From: Octopus sinensis
Taxonomy: Eukaryota
Assembly: GCF_006345805.1 (NCBI RefSeq)
Contig: NW_021826936.1
Location: 1-11,572, forward strand
Direction: 5' to 3'
Length of the DNA: 11,572 nt
Below, piece after piece: positions 1 through 8,100 of this stretch (position 1 is its first letter; each line of letters starts with the position of its first letter). A model generated the notes under the pieces. That model saw only the letters and a program-made list of their open reading frames with translations. It had not been told where the DNA came from and made no database searches. The translations under genes and the position numbers were made by a program.

Positions 1-647
1 ACCTAGGTCCGATTTACATGGGCAAATTAATCTAACTTTAGGGTCTGAATAAAGATTATCTTTATGGTCTTTAAGAGTAATTCTGGGGTGCAGAGGTACA
101 TAAGGTTCAGTTTTATTATCCAACTCATATTTTAACATTACTACTTTAGAGGCCTTATTAATATTATAAAGAATATCATCTGGAACAATTTTATTTTTTT
201 ATTATTTCTTTCCCTAATAGTTTATCATATAAATTAACATCTAATTTATATAAGTTCCTTGTTTTATCAGATTGTACTATAATACCATCCATATTTCTCA
301 TATCTTTAATTTTAATTGCTAAATTCCTTAAATATTCATTAATTCTATTTGGGTATTTATGGAATTCAATATTTTTTACCACCTTCCATATACTATCTTC
401 AAGTAATTGTAATTGTTTATTAAATGGAGGTTCCTTTCTAGATTTAAATTTAGAGGTAAAATTATCATCCTACTATCAATATCATTAAATAAATAAAAAT
501 TATAGTAAAAAGCTTTCCATTTAATTCTAGAAATAAAATCTTTAACATTATTAACAAGTTTCAAGATAATTCCTTTCTAGAAGGAATAGGAATATCTTTC
601 AAAGATGAATCCCAAAACAGCGGTTCTATCTTACCTGTAAAATCCAT
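1..647 (-). mobile_element. Penelope-like retroelement ORF, N-terminus to start of RT (frameshifted, runs off the left edge); tentatively Hydra-clade-like
   Basis: Manual minus-strand translation from ATG 647 across three small frameshifts (~568, ~470, ~190): MDFTGKIEPLFWDSSLKDIPIPSRKE / ILKLVNNVKDFISRIKWKAFYY.. / DDNFTSKFKSRKEPPFNKQLQLLEDSIWKVVKNIEF..IIVQSDKTRNLYKLD..YDKLLGKEIIKK / KIVPDDILYNINK..RITLKDHKDNLYSDPKVRLICPCKSDLG. The SxKxIPIP, RxxWKA, DKT (equivalent of the PLE DKG motif) and KDHK..P.xRLI motifs are characteristic of PLE proteins. The clade assignment is from recall, not a search. Confidence 0.85.
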
Positions 648-894
648 AATTACGAAATTGAGGTATTACACTCAATATACAAAATTATCAATATTATATA
701 AATAATAAATATTAGGGAATAAATCCAAATTTACAGGGAAAAAATCAATTTAGGATTAATCCAATTTTATAGTAAAATATTATAAAATATATGTGTGTAT
801 GTATAAATGTACAATAATATATCATAATATTTTTAATCTCCAATTCCAAGCCACAATTTTTATATGCAAACAAATGACCGAAATATAATGACTT

Positions 895-968
895 AACATC
901 AGGCAGAATCGAACCCACAAATCAACGCTTACACGGCTCTTGCACATCCGCTTGTCCAAAAGCTGACC
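895..968 (-). pseudogene. Degenerate tRNA-like sequence with Pol III A/B boxes (tRNA pseudogene or SINE head; possible TGT/Thr anticodon)
   Basis: Minus strand reads GGTCAGCTTT-TGGACAAGCGG (A box)-ATGTGCAAGAGC-CGTGTAA-GCGTTGATTTGTG-GGTTCGATTC (B box)-TGCCTGATG. Box spacing is tRNA-like, with partial D stem (ACA/TGT) and GTCAG/CTGAT end pairing. Anticodon and T stems are imperfect. Confidence 0.5.
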
Positions 969-1074
969 CATCAATTTTACTCTAACGTAGTTAATATATA
1001 CTTAACCTGTCTAATACTACATATAATATTTATAAACAGACTCTGGTTTGTTAATAATTATTATATTATATGTA

Positions 1075-1075
1075 A

Positions 1076-1141
<66 letters not shown>

Positions 1142-1273
1142 ACATGCATATATATATATGTATATATATATCTATATATTAGGTATAATGTGTTTATATA
1201 TGTATATATGTATGTATATATTTTTATATGTGTGTGTCTGTATGTATATATATATTATATGTGTGTCTATATG

Positions 1274-1356
<83 letters not shown>
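1075..1356. repeat. Compound (TA)n/(TG)n microsatellite
   Basis: Direct reading; explains ORFs 1079-1357 and 1172-1408. Confidence 0.95.
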
Positions 1357-1575
1357 AGTTAATCCAAACAAGAAAACACAGAAAAAAAGAGAAAAAAAAA
1401 CACAGCAACGCAGGACGTGGAACAATTAAAGTATTATTTGACGCTCAGGAAAGAAGGGAAGGAGGGTTTAACGTTTCGAGCGGAGCTCTTCGTCGGAAAC
1501 AAGGAGAAGGAAAGATCCCAAGGAGGGAAGACAGAGGAGAACATATTTGAGCTGGTGGTGCTCAAGAGATCACAT
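1357..1575 (-). mobile_element. Hammerhead-bearing PLE pseudo-LTR or non-autonomous retroelement fragment abutting (TA)n
   Basis: Contains the minimal hammerhead at 1466-1500. On the minus strand it ends ...CTTGTTTGGATTAACT directly into (TA)n. The right boundary is uncertain. Confidence 0.6.
1466..1500 (-). ncRNA. Minimal type I hammerhead ribozyme (PLE type, U4C core variant)
   Basis: Minus strand: GUUU-CCGACGA-A-GAGC-UCC-GCUC-GAA-ACGU-U-AAAC. Stem I is GUUU/AAAC, the core is C(C)GACGA, stem II is GAGC/GCUC, followed by GAAA, a palindromic ACGU stem III and a GUU cleavage triplet. Confidence 0.75.
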
Positions 1576-1618
1576 GTTGAAAGAACAGAAGTTGAGAGGT
1601 AGTCGAATCATATTTAGG

Positions 1619-1828
1619 TATATATGTATAAATCTATGTGTATGTGTCTTTGTGCTTGTGTTTGTCCCCCACCACCCTTGGCAACCGCTGTTGGTGTGTT
1701 TACGTTCCAGTAACCTAGCGTTTCGGAAAAAGAGACCGATAGGATAGGTACTGCGCTTTAAAGCAAATAAGGCCTGGGGCCGATTTGTTCGATTTAAACA
1801 AAGACTCCTCAAGGCGCTGCCCCTGCAT
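1619..1828 (+). mobile_element. SINE family B, 3' half
   Basis: Aligns by eye to 8110-8287 (GTTTGTCCCC..CAACCG.TG.TGGTGTG.TTACGTTCCAGTAA..TAGCG.TTCGG.AAAAGAGACCGATAG.ATA.GTACT..CCTGGGG..AAGGCG.TGC). Confidence 0.85.
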
Positions 1829-2269
1829 AAAAGATCACAACTGGAACAATTTTGATCCCAGATGATTGGTGCTGTCTTGGAGTTAAACAACAACTAAAGG
1901 AACATTGACAACAACAATCTTAAAATTGTTCGACGCACAATATCGATGAGCACCTTGCATTAATTACTCCGTACCATATGTTTTCAGTTTAATTTTCTAA
2001 AAACAAATCAAGGCAAAACAAGACGGGTTGTACAAACACATTAAATAGAGCAGACCAGTGTCTTTTAATTTGTATTACTTGTTTGATGCCGGGGCACCGC
2101 TTTGGAGGATTTAGTCGAACAAATCGATCTCGTAGTACTTAGTTTTATCAAGTCTGGTGATTATTCTGTCCTGAACCACTAGGTTATGGGTATGCACAGA
2201 AACCAAACACCAGTTGTCAATCGGCGTTGAGGGGGACAAACTCAAAGACAAATACACACTCATAGGCAG

Positions 2270-2349
2270 CTCTCTCTCTCTCTCTCCCTCCCTCTCTCTC
2301 TCTCTCTCACTCTCTCTCTCTTTCTCTTTCTCATTCAATATATATATAT

Positions 2350-2380
<31 letters not shown>
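2270..2380. repeat. (CT)n followed by (TA)n microsatellite
   Basis: Direct reading. Confidence 0.95.
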
Positions 2381-2698
2381 GTGAAAAAGAGAATATCTAT
2401 GCTGAACTATTGAGAAATCTGCAGTTACTCAATCCAGATTACAAGTTCAGGTTTATACCTGTAATTATTGGGGCCCTGGGCTATGTAACACACTGCGTAA
2501 ATACCAATCTTGAGAAATTAGGCTTCTCAAAACCAGAAAGCAGAAAACTAATTCGAAGACTACAGATCCAATCCATCACTGGAACTGTAAAAATCTGTAA
2601 ATAAAAAATTTCCGGATTATCATTTAAATATATATGAGCATGTCTAGATACGTAACTATATATAAGAGAATACATACATAAAGCATACAAATCTGCGC
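2381..2698 (+). mobile_element. Dong/R4-clade non-LTR retrotransposon 3' fragment (C-terminus of RLE domain plus start of 3' UTR)
   Basis: From 2383: EKENIYAELLRNLQLLNPDYKFRFIPVIIGALGYVTHCVNTNLEKLGFSKPESRKLIRRLQIQSITGTVKICK*. The EK..Y..L and PVIIGALG motifs typify the end of R4/Dong RLE domains. A paralog lies at 6759-7119. Confidence 0.8.
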
Positions 2699-2930
2699 AT
2701 ACATACATACATACATACATACATACATACATGCATACATACATACATACATACATGCATGCATACATACATACATGCATACATACCTACATACATGCAT
2801 ACATACATACATACATACATACATACATACATACATACACACATACATGCATACATACACACATACATACATACATACATACATACATACATACATACAT
2901 ACATACATACATACATACATACATACATAC
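2699..2930. repeat. (CATA)n tetranucleotide microsatellite
   Basis: Direct reading; explains the MYVC/HTYI ORFs. Confidence 0.97.
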
Positions 2931-3288
2931 GATTGGATTCCACAGTTTCCCTGTCTCAATTTTACTCAAAAGGCATTGATCAACTTGGAGCTACAAAAGA
3001 AGACATTTATGGCCAAGGTTCCGCGCAGCGACACTGACCCTAAAACCACTCAACCTTTAACCATACTGTTATACCCTCCTCTTGGTCATAGCTCGAATGC
3101 CTTTGATCAAATTATGTGTGCTAAATCAGCGTAGTAAAGTTGTGAAGGGATGCATGTTATTTTAGTCATCGCCCTTAAAAAATGTTTTGCAGATCTTTAT
3201 GATCCCTGATATTTGATCCATGTGTAGAGTATGAGTTTATGAATTAAGAAATTGCATTCTTTCGCCAGTATACAGAATATACATAAAA

Positions 3289-3704
3289 GGCGGCCGAGCT
3301 GGCAGAAACGTTAGCACACCGGGCGAAATGCGTAGCCGTATTTCGTCTGCCGTTACGTTCTGAGTTCAATTTCCGCTGAGGTCGACTTTGCCCTTCATCA
3401 TTTCGGGATCGATTAAATAAGTACCAGTTACGCACTGGGGTCGATATAATCGACTTAATCCGTTTGTCTGTCCGTGTGTCCCCTCTGCATTTAGCCCCTT
3501 GTGGGCAGTAAAGAAATAGGTGTTTCGTTTGTCTTTACGTTCTGAGTTCAAATTCCGCCGAGGTCGACTTTGCCTTTCATCCTTACGGGGTCGATAAATT
3601 AAGTACCAGTTACGCACTGGAGTCGATATAATCGACTTAACCCCTTTGCCTGTCCTTGTTTGTCCCCTCTATGTTTAGCACCTTGTGGGTAGTAAAGAAA
3701 TAAG
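3289..3704 (+). mobile_element. SINE family A, full-length dimeric tRNA-derived SINE
   Basis: Head GGCGGCCGAGCTGGCAGAAACG (A-box-like), B box GAGTTCAA(T/A)TTCC, body GTCGACTTTGCCTTTCATCCTT.CGGGGTCGATAAA.TAAGTACCAG. An ~182 bp unit is duplicated (TTTCG at 3341 and 3523). AGTATACAGA flanks the element at 3267-3276 and 3703-3712. Confidence 0.9.
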
Positions 3705-4057
3705 TATACAGAGTTCAGCCATACTTTGCTCCAAACGGGTTGGCATATACTCTGTCGCATCTACCAAGTTTAAACAACAATCCCACCACTACCAACAACA
3801 ACAACAGCAGCACCAACAACATCAATACAAACATTAAGCAACCAATCGACAGTTTGTTAACTTCATGGTTGCAGTTGTTGTGAACAAACCCGAACAGTAC
3901 CACAAACTTTACTTCACGTTCGAAGATCTGCGTCGGTCTAAATGTATAGAGAGAAAGAGAAGGAGAGAGAGACGATGGTGAAAAGGAGTAGGATGAAGAA
4001 GGGGAGGGGAAGTGGAGAAAAGAGGATGAGCAATAGGAGGGGTAGAAAGGGTAGACG

Positions 4058-4323
4058 GTGGTGGTGGTGGTGGTGGGGAGTGTTTATGCTGCATTCTATG
4101 CATTTATTTAATGCTTTCGTTTGTGTAATTGATGTTAGTTACATTGTTTGTTTAGTTGTTTGTTGTTCTCCGATGGGGGGGGGGCAATGTGCGGCGATGT
4201 TTGGAGGCGGGTAGTGGTGATGGTGGCGGCGGCGGTGGTGGTAGTGGTGATGATGCTTGTGAGCGTAGATGTAATACGTAAAGGGTTGCTGGGATTGTGC
4301 GGATGCGGGTAGTGCGGTATGGC

Positions 4324-4367
<44 letters not shown>

Positions 4368-4394
4368 CTGTGCTTCTGTGTGTGTGTGTGTGTG
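4058..4394. repeat. (GGT)n and (GT)n low-complexity tracts
   Basis: GGT runs at 4058-4077 and 4205-4250; GT run at 4324-4394. Confidence 0.85.
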
Positions 4395-4654
4395 AATGCA
4401 GCTGATCGATCGAGCAAAATGCTCGGCATGTTAAATATCGATAAGACAGATATTCCTTTGTTGAAGTCAGCAAGTGATGGCGATGGGGTGGCGGGTGGGC
4501 GACGGCAGCAATGGTGATGGTGGTGGTAGTTGAGGGGGGGAGGATGTAGGAATCAACAGCTACATTGCTAACTAGCTGTTTACGCATCCATCCATAACCA
4601 CATACATGCATCTATTCAAACATGTAGAGATAAAGACAAACTCACGCAAAGAAA

Positions 4655-4854
4655 TACACACATGCATATATATATATATATATATATGTATATACATAAA
4701 TATATATGTGTGTGTGTGTACACAGATACATGCATCATACACGCATATACCTATTAGTATATATGTATATATATCATATACATATGCACATGCATTTATC
4801 TATCTATATGTATATATATATATATAATACACATACATGCACACACAAATGCAC

Positions 4855-4924
<70 letters not shown>

Positions 4925-5000
4925 CGTATACATATGTATGTGTATGTATGTATGAATGTATGTATGTGTTTGTAAATATACATACTTACATATATACATC
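4655..5000. repeat. Compound (TA)n/(CA)n/(TATG)n microsatellite; pure (TA)n at 4868-4923
   Basis: Direct reading. Confidence 0.9.
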
Positions 5001-5247
5001 TAAACATACATCTGCAGACACAAACACACCAACATACACATCTAGATAGGAAAAAAAAAAAAAAGAAGAAATAAGCGACAGAAAAAAAGAGCGAGACAGG
5101 GAGAACAAAATGGCGGGAAGTTGTAATTTTTTTTTCTTTCAGTTTATCGACCTAAAACCTGCTGCCCTACTTAAACAACAATAACAAGTATAACAGAAAG
5201 ACCCTTCAAATTCAGCAGCAGCAGCACCAGTACCAATACCAGCAGCA

Positions 5248-5248
5248 A

Positions 5249-5320
<72 letters not shown>

Positions 5321-5332
5321 CGGTAGTAGTAG
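5248..5332. repeat. (TAG)n trinucleotide microsatellite
   Basis: More than 20 near-perfect TAG units; explains the poly-T and poly-Y ORFs. Confidence 0.97.
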
Positions 5333-5582
5333 TTATTGTTATTTTTATTGTTTTTGTTATTACTGCAACAAATTGCGGCAATGAATTCTTCGGCTTGCTT
5401 CGGCTCCACGCTGCGACTTGGGTATTTATGTATTTATTTATTTAGTTAGTTCTTTGGCGAGAATTGGAGGTTATTAGCTGATTAAATCTAAACCACAGAG
5501 TGTATCACTGGTATTTTTTAGCTGACTAAGGAATTTCTAGATCGGTAGATACACATAAAAGGGGGGAAAATACCTTTCTCTG

Positions 5583-5690
5583 TTGGTGTGGAGTTGGTGG
5601 TGGCGTGGTAGTTGCCGTGGTGGTGGTGGGGTTAGTAGCGGTCGTGGTGTTGGGATTGCTGGTGGGTGTGGTGGTGGTGGTGGTGGTAGT
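5583..5690. repeat. Degenerate (GGT)n repeat
   Basis: Direct reading. Confidence 0.85.
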
Positions 5691-5884
5691 GTTTCGCTGG
5701 TGATGGCATTGACGATGGTAGTTCGAATGGTCCAGCGTTTGTGGCATAGATCCATATTCTGTATAAAATGCTATAATCGCTCTGACTAATGAATCTAAAG
5801 CATTCCGGCCGTGGCCATCAGTAAAATAAAATGAGAGCGCAATAAGAGATATTCTTGTTCATTAAATTGAACATGTTAAGCAAT

Positions 5885-6335
5885 TCTTTTAATCTTTCAC
5901 ATGCTTCGGTCTCATACTGCGGCCATTACAAGGCACCGCCTTCAAGAGTTTAGCCAATCAAATTGATCCTAGTATTTATTTAACGCTTAGTGTTTATCGA
6001 TGTCTTTTTGCTGAACCGCAAATTTATGCGAACCTAGACAACACAACATCGGTTGTCAAGCAATGGGTTACAAGCCTAAGGACGTACACACATACGCGCG
6101 CACACTCTCACATACACATACACACACCCACACAAACACACATATACATACACACATATACACACACACCCCAACTTACATATCTGTATTCTCCAGCTTC
6201 CACGTAGCTTCCTTCTAGCAAATCCACTCAGAAGCCATTTACGAGAGTATAGTAGAAAATACATGACCAAGGTGCCCTGTAGAGGGACTGAACCCAAAAC
6301 ATTTTGGTCGCAAAGCCGATTTCTTGACTATGCCT
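5885..6335 (-). mobile_element. SINE family B, near full-length diverged copy with internal (CA/TG)n
   Basis: Reverse complement of 7877-8320. It contains the B box GGTTCAGTCCC (6284-6294), GGCACCTTGG, TGAGTGGATTTG, an internal microsatellite (6085-6170), CTTGACAACCGATG and AAGGCGGTGCC. Confidence 0.85.
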
Positions 6336-6365
6336 GTGTCTATTTAGATATTAAAGTTTTCTGAA

Positions 6366-6423
6366 ACTCTCTCTTTACTCTTTTACTTGTTTCAGGCACT
6401 TGGCTGTGGCCATGCTGGAGCAC
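6366..6423 (-). mobile_element. SINE family B 3' tail fragment
   Basis: Reverse complement GTGCTCCAGCATGGCCACAG..CTGAAACAAGTAAAAGAGTAAAGAGAG matches 8276-8320. Confidence 0.85.
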
Positions 6424-6758
6424 AGTCAAATTCCGCCGAGGTTGACTTTGCCTTTCATCCTTTCGGGATCGATTAAATAAGTACCAGTTACGCACTGGGG
6501 TCGATATAATCGACTTAATCCGTTTGTCTGTCCTTGTTTGTCCTCTCTGTGTTTAGCCCCTTGTGGGTAGTAAAGAAATAATTATTTCGTCTGCCGTTAC
6601 GTTCTGGGTTCAAATTCTGCCGAGGTCGACTTTGTCTTTCATCCTTTCGGGGACGATAAATTAAGTAACAGCTACGCACTGGAGTCGATGAAATCGACTT
6701 AATCCGTTTGTCAGCCCTTGTTTGTCCCCTCTATTATTGTGGGCAATAAAGAAATAAG
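6424..6758 (+). mobile_element. SINE family A dimer, 5'-truncated at the B box
   Basis: Closely matches 3363-3704, including both tandem units and the TAAAGAAATAAG end. Confidence 0.9.
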
Positions 6759-7119
6759 AAAGAATATTGGCGGAACATTCCCATCGAAACTTTTACCAGG
6801 TGTAAAAATAACAGGTCGAATATCGTTGTTTGGGACAGGCAAGGAAAAGTATGAACTGTTCTAGATGTCAGCTGCCTTGCTGATGTAAATATCTCGAAAG
6901 TCAAAGAGAAAGAAGATAACTATGGACAGCTACTCCAAAATCTTCACATTTATACGAATAATAATTGGTGCACTTGGTTTTGCAGTTAAATACCTGAGAT
7001 ACAAAGAGAAAAAACTATGGTCTACAGAAAAAGAAACCAACCGGGTCACATGCACATTACAAACAAAATCACTAAGCGGAACAGTTAAAATGTGCAAGAT
7101 TTTTCTCAAGTTCAAAAAG
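6759..7119 (+). mobile_element. Degenerate Dong/R4-clade LINE fragment covering the RLE domain
   Basis: KEYWRNIPIETFTRCKNNRSNIVVWDRQGKV*TVLDVSCLADVNISKVKEKEDNYGQLL, then a frameshift/deletion, then IFTFIRIIIGALGF..LQTKSLSGTVKMCKIFLKF. This is a decayed NRPD-IVVWD..(D/E)VSCP..K..EK..Y RLE pattern, homologous to 2383-2604. Confidence 0.8.
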
Positions 7120-7284
7120 GGACTCTTTTTTTTAAATCTACATTCCAGCGATGGAGGGTTGTATCGTTGTTAGAAGTCTGCTCCTTCCTTACCAGAAGAC
7201 TTCAAATAATTGAAGTAGAAGAGGAGATACGGACGTACATACACTTTTAACTACAGTATGACTACATCTCCCATGCTCCAAAAT

Positions 7285-7690
7285 ACCACCGCCGCCGCCG
7301 CAAGCAACACCACCACCATTACCACCACCACCACCACCACCACCACCACCACCACCACACCACCACAACTATTGCCAGCTGCTGCTGTGTTAGAGATTAG
7401 ATGATCTTCCATCGGATGATTGGAAGAAGAAGAATAATTGCAATTTGATCAGAAGAAAGACGTAGAGATATATATATATTGATTAACAAGTACAAGCAGG
7501 TGAAGTGGTGGCGGCGGCGGCAGTGGTGATGGTGGTGGTTGTGGTGGAGGGTACTGGTGGTGGTGATGGACAATATCGATGATAATAATGATGACAACAA
7601 CAATGCACGACGAAGGTGACGACGGCGACGATGATAACGACAATGACGATGGTGCTGCTGCTGCTGCTGTTGATTATCACTTTGATTACG
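7285..7690. repeat. (ACC)n tract (7285-7366) and (GGT)/(GAT/GAC)/(GCT)n tracts (7500-7690)
   Basis: Direct reading. Confidence 0.85.
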
Positions 7691-7876
7691 ATGGTGGTGA
7701 AGTTGAAGAGGCTGAATAAGAAGTTTTATTGCTGTCGTTTAGCCTATTTCAATTTTCACGTTCTCTCGTCCATAAAGATTCTCTGGTTTGTATCTGTCGG
7801 TGACGTTAACTCTGAGTCGGAATAACTTTAAAGCATAAATTATGCTGGTTTCATTCATACCAAGCAAAATGTTATC

Positions 7877-8046
7877 AGTGGCTGTGTGGTAAGTAGCTTG
7901 CTTACAAACCGCATGGTTCCGAGCTCAGTCCCACTGCGTCGCACCTTGGGCAAGTGTCTTCTACTATAGCCTCGGGCCGACCAAAGTCTTTTGAGTGGAT
8001 TTGGTAGACGAAAACTGAATGAAGCCCGTCATATATATATATATAT

Positions 8047-8100
<54 letters not shown>

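Larger units (their letters stand above)
2061..3055 (-). mobile_element. SINE family B copy split by microsatellite expansion and a nested LINE fragment (3' half ~2061-2259, 5' half ~2930-3055)
   Basis: 2061-2259 is the reverse complement of the family B 3' domain. 2930-3055 is the reverse complement of the head/CORE-like domain (CAGTTTCC..ACTCAAAAGGC..GAAGACA..CCAAGGT..CGCAG..ACTGA.CC). Confidence 0.75.

Noticed and set aside
628-645. TTTTACAG|GTAAG splice-like words at the PLE ORF start (minus strand)
   Set aside because: PLEs can retain introns, but no matching donor or acceptor can be identified and the frame reads through.
1032-1052. Minus-strand CAAACCAGAGTCTGTTT resembling the 3' half of a hammerhead at the PLE 5' edge
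   Set aside because: G12 is absent and there is no CUGANGA or stem I partner upstream. It could be a truncated remnant but cannot be supported.
3244-3617. Two similar minus-strand ORFs (MRNWYL...) resembling a tandem gene pair
   Set aside because: They are antisense readings of the duplicated SINE family A unit.
3341-3704. Repeated palindromic units resembling a CRISPR array
   Set aside because: There are only two ~182-bp units with no unique spacers or cas genes, in a eukaryotic SINE context.
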